From assembly GCF_902459465.1 (NCBI RefSeq), contig NC_047063.1, positions 4,836,001-4,900,000 of the forward strand: 64,000 nucleotides of DNA, given 5' to 3'. The stretch comes from Asterias rubens (lineage: Eukaryota). Both the position numbers and the translations under genes were made by a program. The notes beneath the pieces are model-generated. The model had not been told where the DNA came from and did no database searches. It worked only from the letters and a program-made list of their open reading frames with translations. Below, one piece after another: positions 27,068 through 38,224 of the stretch (its first letter is position 1; each line of letters starts with the position of its first letter).

Positions 27068-27288
27068 TCTACGGGTTCGTTGAAAACTAGGCAGCATAAT
27101 AATCAACATCATTTTCAAATTCATATTGTCACTGTAAAACAGGTAGGCCCAGTTCATACTCGAATGCGATACGAATTTTGACGTTGCGAATGTTTCACGG
27201 GAGTAGATCACATTTTCAACTGTTAGTCTACGAATTAATGGTTACGAAGTTAATACGACAGTCACATGAAGTATTAACCGGGATTTCT

Positions 27289-27681
27289 AGACACTGGACA
27301 CTATTGGTAATTGTCAAAGACTAGTCTTCAAAGTTGGTGTATCGCAACATACGCATAAAATAAACAAACCTGTGAACATTTGAACTCAATCGGTCGTCGA
27401 AGTTGCGAGATATTAATGAAAGAAAGAAACCCACCCTTGTCGAACCATGGTCACACGAAGTTATGTGCTTTCAGATGCTTGATTTCGAGACCTCAAATTC
27501 TAAATCTGAGGTCTCGAAATCAAATTCGTGGAAAATTACTTCTTTCTCAAAAACTACGTTACTTCAGAGGGAGCCGTTTCTCACAATTGTTTATACTATC
27601 AACCTCTCCCCATTACTCGTTATCAAGTAAGGTTTTAGGATGATAATTATTTTGAGCAACTACCAACAGTGTACAGTGCTT
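27289..27681 (+). mobile_element. Kolobok MITE family 1
   Basis: AGACACTGGACAC start; TTAA on the right. Confidence 0.9.
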
Positions 27682-28509
27682 TTAAGCATTGTTTTGTGCA
27701 TGGCACTGTATTACTTTTCAATTCGAAGCATCCACCCTTTCCTTGCACTCTCAACCTTTCCCTGCGTTCCTAATCTTTCTCTAAGTCCACATATCTGTGG
27801 GTTTTCCGTCATATACATGGTTCATTAGAAGCCTAGCCACCTCTGCATAACAAATTCAACCCGGCTCAATTTGACAAATCCCCTACCCATTTGATTTTGT
27901 TGCCAAGTCGAAGTAATACCACTTGCTCCTGATCAGCTTCCAGATTTAATATCGTCAGTCCGTAATAAACCTTGACACCCTCAGCTGCGATACTTAGCCA
28001 TATTGCAATCCCGAAGTCATACTGATTACCACGCCGAGATGGGTAATGTAATTGACATAGCAAGGCAGGGTGTTAAATAGTTAAACGCAAACTCCCTGGA
28101 ACGTATATCGGTGTGCTGAAATTAGTGCCTTTTCCGCTGGTTCAACGATATTACGTTATACAGCTCCGAAGCTAGCAGGAGTGAGGCAACGGCCACTTAA
28201 GGAGTTGGTTAGTTCAACTTTGACCTCATTCTACGCCGCCAAAGTTTTATTTTCAAGTCATTACTTGCTCCCCATCTATGTGTTAGTTTTCTCTCCTTGT
28301 ATACGTCATTTTTAATATTTTTTTTCCAAGTTGTGGTGAGTTGGTGCCAGTTTTAGTTCCATTTTTGATATTAGTGCCCAAGGGGTTTCCCATGAACATT
28401 ATGAGGTTATCTTTCACAAGGGTGCTGTATCTTCCAAAGGCCCACCATCAAGCTTTAATTCTTCGTCTTAGGTCGATGTATTCGTCACTGTTACACTTAT
28501 TTTATGGTA

Positions 28510-28830
28510 AATGAAATGTACACGTTCGGTAATTGTCAAAGACCAGTCTTCTCACTTGGTGTATACCATCATAACCATAAAACCAACAACCCTGTGGAAA
28601 TTTGGGCTCAATTGGTCATCGAAGTTGCGAGAAAATTATGAAAGAAAAAACACCCTTTGTTGGGCAAATTTATGTGCTTTCAGATAATAAGAATAAAATA
28701 CTTCTAGCTAATGTCTTTTATTATTTTACTGACAAATTACCTCTTTCTAAAAAACTACGTTACTTCAGAGGGAATCGTTTCCCACAATGTTTTGTACTAT
28801 CAACGCCTCTCCAATGCTCGTTACTAAGTC
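28510..28830 (+). mobile_element. Kolobok MITE family 1, truncated old-subfamily copy
   Basis: Family body without the central hairpin; right TIR missing. Confidence 0.7.
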
Positions 28831-29036
28831 TTCCCTTTAGCTAGTAGTACTTGCTTTGGAGTTGTCGCTCGCCCTGCCATGTGCTTAGTATTTTTTCATA
28901 TTGATTTGAGTCAAGTAATTCTGCTTGCTGCATCCAAGTCTTGAAGTATTGACCAAAGATCGTTGATGTTGTTGGCTTTACACAATCGTCAAATCTGAGA
29001 CGGCTCGTATACTCCACATTTCATCGGTTCCTTGGG

Positions 29037-29460
29037 TTGACCAAGTGTATGACTAGTTATTTACATGTGCTTTGATTGGACACTGGTTTGTCTGCTAACC
29101 TTAGTTCACGAAGTATCACTTCCAAGTTGACCAACGAAAACCATCGGAAGGTGAAGCTGATGCCTCGTCTGTATCCTTGAAGGAATACGGATACAAAAGA
29201 TGCAAACTCTGCCCGTGCGGAAATGCTTTGGTTTACCAAGTGTAAAACTAATGTTATTTACGTGACTTGTCACTGGTTTGTCTGCTAAAATTTTAGTGCA
29301 TTCCGTACATTCACACCCCTACCACATAGAATTAATGTATCCACTTCCAGCTTGACCAATGCAAACCATCGGAAGTTGAAGCCGAAGCCTCGTCCCTGCA
29401 TCCTTGAAAGCGTAACGGGCACACAAAGATGCAGTCTCTGCTCGTGCTGAATTGCGTGCA
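29037..29460. repeat. Diverged ~200-bp tandem duplication
   Basis: accaagtgta, cactggtttgtctgctaa, aaaccatcggaag and caaagatgca each occur twice. Confidence 0.75.
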
Positions 29461-29768
29461 AAGGCCACTTCCTCCTAAGTGAACATGGCACAGTGGAGCA
29501 ATTGGATAATGTGGGTCGAGGTAAAACTAGCTCAGTCAAGGTGTGATTGCAAATTTGCTGACTGTAAAAAGCAAATTTACAAACAGTGCTCATATAAAAG
29601 GCCAGGATTGACTGTGGAGAATTATGCGGAATTAGATTTGATGACGGGTTCGGAATCGCTTTACCTGAGTTTATTAATATAATTTACTTACATACTTTCT
29701 GGATACAAACATGTTTGCGTTTGAAATAACGGTCTTCTTGGGAGTGTACTATTACCGACCGTCAATAG

Positions 29769-29891
29769 GGCCGTGGTCGAAACTTCGGCTACAGCTACGG
29801 CTAGATCGCGCACGTCTGCCTATTCTTCAACACTGGCAGACGCACTGATCTAGCCGGAGCTGTAGCCGATGTCGCCGTTTCGGACACGGCC
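29769..29891. mobile_element. PIF/Harbinger-like (Tourist-type) palindromic MITE
   Basis: TAG|GGCCGTGGTCGAAA...TTTCGGACACGGCC|TAG; 3-bp TSD. Confidence 0.8.
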
Positions 29892-30050
29892 TAGCAACCA
29901 AAATGATATCTCAAAATGCGCATGGTATCGAATGTACAGTGCTCACTTAATTGTGGAAATACGTACAAAATTAAACCCAATATGGGTTTCCTCCACGTTA
30001 AAGACTACGTATTTTGTATAGCATGAGTTGTTCTCATCTTTATAAATTAA

Positions 30051-30334
30051 AGGCAGTGGACACTATTGGTAATTACTCAAAATAATTTCTAGCATAAAAC
30101 CTTTCTTGGTGACAAGTAATGGGGAGAGGTTGGTGGTATAAAACATTGTGAGAAACAGCTCCCTCTGAAGTGCCATAGTTTTGGAGAAATAAGAATTTTT
30201 CCACGAATTTGATTTCGAGACCTCAAGTTTAGAACTTGAGGCCTCGAAATCAACCATCTAAATTTTATGCATATGTTGAGATAGACCAACTGTAAAGGCT
30301 AGTCTTTGACAATTACCAATAGTGTCCACTGCCT
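30051..30334 (-). mobile_element. Kolobok MITE family 1, internally deleted
   Basis: Perfect TIRs and TTAA; 284 bp, about 95 bp shorter than full copies. Confidence 0.92.
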
Positions 30335-31169
30335 TTAACACAGTTTTGTTTTAATACAAAAACAAGTACCCGTACGGTAGTGCCGTCGTGGGGTATTGTT
30401 CACATGGAACAATGTACCCCACAAGGGATTTCTATGTTAACCTGGACCCAACAGATACATTCTTTAGAAAGGAATTTACAACAATAGCATGCAGGACCCA
30501 ACAAACTAGATCTGTAAGGTTCAGGTTGTAGTGATTGTGGTTTAGACACATCTATCCTTGGTAGTTTGGTGTGGTTTGTCGGCGAGGGTGGTTGTGTGGT
30601 ATTATTTTTTCTTTAAAAAAAATTGTGGGTTGTGTGCATGTTAGTGTTAACTATATTTTCTGGGGCTGTTACCTTGTATTTATCCATCTAGCATTAAAGT
30701 ACGCCAGCACATTTTCCTGCCCAATCAAGTTTCCCTCTACTGGGTGGATTTCACATTCAACAATGCATGCGGTCTTAGCTTTGGAGGAATAGCCTGTTTT
30801 GTGGTCAAAATTCTACAATCCTGTGATAACTCAAATTGAGGAAACACAGAATAGATGTAACTCCGCTGGTTATACCATTGGGATTTTGAGGATTGACGCA
30901 GTTTTCAGGAAATCCCCGAAAAGTGCAGTGCAGACCCGAGCTTGTCATTCCTTTCCCGCCGATTTTTGATCGTATTGCGTGCGTGCTACTCATCCATTGA
31001 TCGGCGTGCAATATTGGCTGTCATCCATCCACAAAATGCATTCGCACAGAGCGTGTACATCGTTGGTGTGGAGATTAACAAATTTGCTGGATCGTTGGCA
31101 AAAACGCACACTCGTGCTGTGCGTAATAACCTTGGACTTGACCATTACCACATACATTAGTAACCTTAA

Positions 31170-31290
31170 AGGCACTGCAGGGGTACTAGAGGTAATTACT
31201 CAAAATAATTGTCAGCATAACTACTAACTTGGTTAACGAGCAGTGGAAATATTGATAGTATAAAACATTGTGAGAAACGGTTTCATCTGA
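31170..31290 (-). mobile_element. Kolobok MITE family 1, right-arm fragment
   Basis: TTAA|AGGCACTG...ggtaattactcaaaataattg...gtgagaaacgg. Confidence 0.6.
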
Positions 31291-31294
31291 AACA

Positions 31295-31620
31295 TACCAT
31301 CAAACTAATCATTGCCATCTTACTAGCCTCGTCCTCATCTAATCCTAAATTTTAACCTCACCCTTAAACCAATCCTTATCCTCACCATAATTCGGCTTAT
31401 CTTTTCTATACATATCCACAAATCGTTTGCCTTTATTACCTACACACTAACTTGTCCTTTGCCTCATCATGATCTAACCTCATTCATTTTCCTTCAACCA
31501 AGTCTTGCACTAATTTTTGACTCACTCCAATCGCCTTGAACGTCACATTACTTTCACCTCAAAGCCTCATTAGCCTCACTCCCTTACCCTCATGTAGCCT
31601 CAACATTTTATACCCTCAAT
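31295..31620. repeat. C/T/A-rich degenerate simple repeat
   Basis: Recurring cctca, cctaa and ctcac motifs with G depletion. Confidence 0.6.
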
Positions 31621-32711
31621 TGAATACTTATAATATTCTAAACGAGACCTAAAGATCAAATCGCTTTGATGGGCCAAGCGCAAAACTGTAAACAATGATT
31701 AACCAATCTTGTAAACAAACACAGTTTATTAATTGTAACTATTAACTTGGATTGTATGCCTTGCCTGCGTTTCTACACTCATTGCCGTTCCACGCTAGCT
31801 AGCTTTATTGTGGTCAAAAATCGCTGCTAGCATTCCAATTTCACTATCGAGTTTGATCAGTAAAGTATTTCTACTTTGAACGATAAACACACAATTAGTT
31901 TTTAAGCTGGTATACTGCCGACTGATTATGCTTTCTTATTTGTTTTATTTTTTTATCCGTCTACACAAGCAGGAATCAATATAAGTTCTAAGCCAAGCCG
32001 TTTGCAACCCCTACAGGGGGTGTTCGTGATCAGCCTTACGATGCACGGTAAATGATTCCGGAGGAAGCCCTAGGCTCTCGAGAGATCAATGGGAGCTGGT
32101 GGGCTTCCAAGCTACCCAAACGAAGAGTTACCGATCGGATCGACGTTTGCCGCGGTGTAAGGTGGCCACGAAAAGCCCCTCTCGGTCGCCAAATCAGGAA
32201 CTAAGACGGGTTAGACCCTCCAGGCCTGATACACCAAGGCACACCAAGTGGTGAAAGTGCACTTTAAGCGGTATATAATAACATGTGGAGAGCATGTACT
32301 GCTCTTTTCTTACTCGGCAAAAGGTTATTTCCTCCCAACTTGTTTTACCCTAGGTTTTCTTTTTTCATGGAAAGCAATCAGCCTGTATTTGCTGGAAGAG
32401 TAGAGGTCAACATGTATTTTTACTTGAGGGTGTTGATATATTTACATATAAGAATATGCTTACAATGGCAAGTCATGCTTCCTGTGTGTATGCCTAAGTG
32501 TTGAAATAAGATTCTTATCGCATAAAAGCTAATTACAAAATGTATAACCAGTGCACCAATTTCAAAAATCATCATGGGTATTCATTTTTTGGCATAGTGT
32601 TACGAAACAATCCTTGTCAAGTACTGTTCATACAAGCAATAATTACAAACAAATATTTCAAACTATTATGTTCACAGTATAGCCATTTTGAATGAAAGCG
32701 AAAATATAAAT

Positions 32712-32862
32712 AGACCTTATGCACATGACGTCATTTCAGTACGGCTTCCTCGCCTTGAGGTCATAAGGAGATTGTTCATTGGCCAATCTATGTGCGTTTC
32801 GATTGTTTCGTCACCGTTTGACCTCAAAGATGGCGGCTGGATGACGTCAATGCATAAGGTCT
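32712..32862. mobile_element. 151-bp MITE (AGACCTTATGCA TIR)
   Basis: AT|AGACCTTATGCACATGACGTCAT...ATGACGTCAATGCATAAGGTCT; a diverged relative lies at ~60635-60770. Confidence 0.75.
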
Positions 32863-33870
32863 TTCCAGATGTAATATCTCCTTTGAAGTTACACCTATAC
32901 TTCTACCATACACCCTAAACTATACGGATAAATTTATGCGATAACAGTTCCCCAAACTTGCTCTTGTCCAAAATCTCCTAATCACAATGTTGTTGTCCCC
33001 TACCCCAGGAAATAAGCGCTCGAGCTTTCCAAGTATATTGTTTGCATGTACAGTACTTGACAAAGATTGTTTCGTTAAGTATAACAAACAAATTATGCTA
33101 GAAGGTAGGCCTAGCCATTTTGAATGAAAATCGAATAATATTTAAATTGAGATTTAATCATGAGATTACACTACAGTGAGTACTTGTGCGAAGAAAGTGA
33201 TGTTTTAGTTTTCCTTTTTGTTTCTTTTCTATTTTGAAATCGTATGAAATCATCTCACAAAATGTTGATGTTTATAATAGGTACCGATCTCTCTCAAAGC
33301 CCTTCACGCATTAACAGTTCCCCCAAATTGCTCTTTCTTAATTCCCCAAATCCCTTATTTGCATGTTGTCCCTATTTTTTGACAATAACTGATGAAAAAT
33401 GCTGCTTTGTTACCCAACATGTTGTCTAAGATAAAGTATAACTATAAAGTATAATTTAATCTCAATAAAGTAATTTTGAGTGAAAAGCGAATGTAAAATG
33501 AGATATAATCTCTTCATGCGAGTAAGTAAGCATTTTAGGCAAAATTGCTGATGTTTAAGGTTTGATGGGGTTTTTTTTCTTCGAATGAAATCGTGCACAA
33601 AATTTGGAACTTTGCAAAAGGGTCAAACATCTCTCACAAGCCCACTGTGGATAACTTCACACGATAGATGTCTCCCAAACATGCTCTTTATATCCATAGT
33701 CGCCTAGTCGTATGTTGTTGTCCCTACCACAGGAAATAAGCACTTGAGTTTGTCTGTGTATTGTTTTCATGTATACAGTAATTGACCAACCTTGCTTCGT
33801 TATCAACACGTTATCGTCCGAACAGAAATGTTACTCCATCCGTGAGCTTTGCGTCACATGCAAGTATTAA

Positions 33871-34144
33871 AGGCACTGGATACCTTTGGTAAATTGTCAA
33901 GGGCCAGTGTCCTCACTTGGTTTATCCCAACATATGATCAACATGATCAATCTGTAAAAATTTGTGCTTTCGGGTGGCTATGGTAAAAGGCTTCAGAAAT
34001 TACCTCTCTCAAAAACTACGCTACTTCAGAGGGAGCCATTTCATTAAATGTTTTATACCATTAACAGCTCTCCACTACTCGTTACCAAGTATAAGTTTCA
34101 TGCATAACATTTATTTTGAGTAAATTCCAATAGTGTCCATGACT
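33871..34144 (+). mobile_element. Kolobok MITE family 1, deleted old-subfamily copy
   Basis: TTAA flanks at 33867 and 34145; both ends recognisable. Confidence 0.75.
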
Positions 34145-34608
34145 TTAACGCCACGACTGTATTTGTTAGCGTGACCTTGAGTCTTTTTTGTAAGATACGC
34201 CGGATTGCATCTTTATAATTGACGTTATTATTGATCGTGCAGCGTGATGATATTATTCACAGTATCTGACACTGAAATCATTTACATAAAAGTGTTTTAA
34301 AAATCGGTCTATTTGCCATAAATAGCAGGATTCGCGTGCCGTATGGGGTAAGCATTGATAATTCAATTATCATCAAAGTATGATTATATGATTGATTTCT
34401 GGCAAAGCAAAGTCCGGGTCACAGTTTTCCATTACTACAATAAGCAAACATGTGTTTCGGTGCAAAAGAAACACGCAAAAATGTACTCTGTTACGTCTAT
34501 GATTTGTTTCTTACACGCTTATGTACGTGCCTTTAGTTTATGACTTTATCTTTTACAAAAGGAAATCTTTCACTAACAAGGTTTTACTATGAGCTTCATA
34601 CTCATTAA

Positions 34609-34880
34609 AGGACACTGACACTATTGGTAAATACTAAAAGAAAGTTCTTAGCATATTACTTGGTAACGAGCAATGGGGAGCTGTTGATAGTATAAAACAT
34701 TATGAGAAGCGGCTCCGCCTGAATTAGTATAGTTTTTTTTAGAAAGAGATAATTTTCACTCAAATTATTAAAATACTTTAAGCCTGAACACATTTTAGGC
34801 ATCTGAGAGCACATCAATTTTCAACAAGGGTGTCGTTTTTGTTGCATTATACTCTTGCAACTTCGATGACCAATTGAGTG
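34609..34880 (-). mobile_element. Kolobok MITE family 1, truncated against a family 2 copy
   Basis: Right arm and body run to gaccaattgag, then switch to family 2. Confidence 0.7.
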
Positions 34881-34885
34881 GACAG

Positions 34886-35244
34886 CCATTGGACAGTTTC
34901 TGCACGGAACAAAAACTAAAAGTTCACAGATTTACAAATAATTTAAGTGTTTACAGAAGGTCATGGTGAAAGAATTCCCTTGAAATATAATTTCGTGAAA
35001 TGCTTTACTTTTTGAGAAAACATTAAAACAATTCTCGCTAACGAGAATTACGGATTTATTTTAAACACATGTCATGACACGGCGAAACGTGCGGAAACAA
35101 GGTATGGGTTTTCCCGTTATTTTCTCCCGGCTCCGATGACCGATTGAGCCTAAATTTTGACAGGTTTGTTATTTTATATATAAGTTGTGATACACGAAGT
35201 GTGGGCCTTTGGACAATACTGTTTACCGATGTTGTGCGATTGCT
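34886..35244 (-). mobile_element. Kolobok-type MITE family 2
   Basis: Reverse complement of 5136-5485; TTAA at 35245. Confidence 0.85.
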
Positions 35245-37848
35245 TTAAGCTTTCAGCCTAACATTTAAACAATGATACAAATGCGACAACCTGTTGGCAT
35301 GACTTTTGGTTGCAGCAAACAGAGAATGTCGTGTTGTGTTTTGTATGTGATAGTTAAAATACCAAAAAAGACTGCATCGATTTGGCTCAATAAAAACAAG
35401 ATCTGAGTTAACGGGGAAAGTTGTATTTATTTATTTCTGCCAGGACAATTAGATTATAATTATGTTGACATTAATTGGATTGGGATACTGGACTCACTTG
35501 GGTGGGAATCTAGAACACCCTCTCCATCTGTTTCTTTTATTCCATACAATTTCATCATACTTAGCTGATGCAGGGTGGCAAAAAATAGACTGTCCCCTTC
35601 GGCCAAATTTTATTCCAATTCAACCAACATATGTTATTAGATCCGAGCATGAGAAACTCGGTCAATATGGCTGCCGCTTACGTCACAGTTGTATATCGTT
35701 GCATTGCTTTGCCTATGGCATGCGTTTTTCAACACATAAAGCGTGTTCGCAAACCACACTCTGAGGTCAGTGTCCTGGTATAGTTAGACTGGTACCCCGA
35801 CCATGGGGTGACACGATTCATAGCGATCTCTTACTTTGCCCCTGGGGTACTTCACAATAGTAGTCACGGTTTATGAGCGCATGCCATTAACGTTGGGTTT
35901 TAACGATTGGAAATGGTATATGATATCTTGCAAACATTTTCGGTGTCGAAATGTTTACCTTTCCTAGTTAGCTGGCGGCCCCACGTAAGACTAAAACACC
36001 AGCAAGACACGTTTGTATAAGTGAACTTGCATATGAACAATCCAAGTGCCTAGTTAGTGTGTCAGTTTGCGATTTTACAGGTTAAAGTCATTTGATTGTT
36101 ATAGGTTAATTGTCTTCAATTCACCTCCAATCTTCTGCCGCTCTCACCTCGATCTCTCACCGGTATTTTTCCCCACACCACTTGTAATAATGCGCACACC
36201 TAGACAACACTGATCACAGCCCTGGGGAAAAAAAACAATGAAGGAATAACATTTAACATATAAGTGAGCTTTGAGCAGTTCAGTCTTCTTTCTTGCAATT
36301 CATCACTGAGTCAGGTTTTGGGGGTAAGGGCTAAAAAAGGCATTACCAAAAATGCAACATCAATCATTTGAGAGGGGAAAAAGCTAAATATCATCGATGT
36401 GTATGCCTACATTTCCCCCCAGTCACAACTGCCTTTTATGGGGAACCAATGTAATCCAGCATGCATCTAGATTAGGCCTTTGGCATGAGACGTTTGGTTT
36501 ATTTAGACTGGCTTGGGTTGCTTTTGACTAGGACTATATTTCGCACCTGCAGACTGTCAGATCGATGTATATTGACAATCATACTCCACTTGGTTAGCGC
36601 TGGTAAACACAGCGATCTCAAGGGCAAGGTTTGAAGTCTGAATTCGCTCCATTATGTCATTGAATGGAACGTATGGGGGATGATCACCACTGCCTGTTTA
36701 GCATAACATCAATATTGAATATGATGTCATTCTTATGTCAACATCATGGCTGCCAAGGTCTCTTGTTTGTGATGATATGGCAGAATGAACCTTATAGTTT
36801 TAGGAAGATTCACATTTTCCTTCTCCGTCTTGCCTTCTCCACATCTTTGTATCTCTGCTGTGTGTAATTTGATTTAAAATAACAATAATAATTATTATGT
36901 ATACCCTTTGGAATATAATACAATATACCCCAGTAATCTTCCTCATACTTTGTCCATCTGGGCCCACTTAGAGCTGCCTAAGCAACAAATATTGCTTAAC
37001 TTTTTTCTGCTTAGCAGAAGTGAGCAGGATACCAGTCACAACATACGTCAGTATTACCATTATCACCAACATTAAAAAATACATTAACTGGAGCAATGGC
37101 ATTGAGGCTCCACAAGTGAGTAGATTAAAAAGGTGAACGTCAGTTTCGTCTCTGTATGGTAGTTCGCACCCCCCCCCCCCCCTCCATCCCTCCATACGCA
37201 CACGGTCTTCCCTTTTGCGGTATCAATATTGCCGGTTTGACCGGACCAAAGTATCGTATTGCTCGATATCTCCTCATTTTGACCCCACTTTTAAATATAG
37301 CCACGCCATTTTTTGTTTGTACGAGGAAATTAAAAGCCAATAGGAAGTGCGTCTCGTCCATGGACACACAGACGACAGTGGGCAAATTTTATTGCCTACG
37401 CAATTTTTGTCTTTTGCTGAGTTATCTCCTTTCAGCACCCAATGTACGTCATCATCCGGGTAATTTATCAAAGGCTGTAATTCCACTAATGCAAGAGCTA
37501 TCTAAGAAATGTTTGTAAAATTAAATTCTCTTTAAATCGATTTCTTAATTACGTAGTTTCACCGTCTAATAGTGAATTAGTTGCGTCTTTGAATCGAGGA
37601 AATTATATTGGTTTTGGTCTAGGAATAAGTGTTTTCTAACCCGTTGGTTGGTGTTGAAATACACCGAACCTAGAAAACAGTTAAATAAAAATATAAATGA
37701 TAATAGAATAAAACAGTTCAAGCATATAAATTAATTTGTTTTTATTATTATAAAGTTCCATACCGAGAGATGCTGATCAAATTTTCTGTTCAAAAATTGT
37801 GTTGAATGATTTTTCTTCTAATTTTGCTATAGTTTTTGTTTTGTTTAA

Positions 37849-38224
37849 AGACACTGGACAATACTGGTAACTGTCAAAGACCAGTCTTCTCACTTTGTGT
37901 ATCTCAACATATGCATGAAATAACTAACCTGTGGAAACTTTAGCTCAATTGGTCATCGAGGTTATGAGATAAAAGTGAACAAAAACACCCTTGTCGCACG
38001 AAGTCGTGCGCTGTCAGATGCTTGATTTCGAGACCTCAAATTCTACATCTGAGGTATCGAAATCAAATTCGTGGAAAATAACTTCTTTCTCGAAAACTAC
38101 GTTACTTCAGAGGGAGCCGTTTCTCACAATGTTTTATACCATCAACCTCTCCCTATAACTCGTTACCAAGTAAGGTTTTATGCTAATAATTATTTTGAGT
38201 AATTACCAATAGTGTCCACTGCCT
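37849..38224 (+). mobile_element. Kolobok MITE family 1, full length
   Basis: TTAA on the left, TGAA on the right; 376 bp. Confidence 0.93.

Noticed and set aside
32150-32200. HDV-like ribozyme
   Set aside because: Only 16 nt lie between the candidate P1 strands on the plus strand, and on the minus strand P1 mispairs and the catalytic C is absent.
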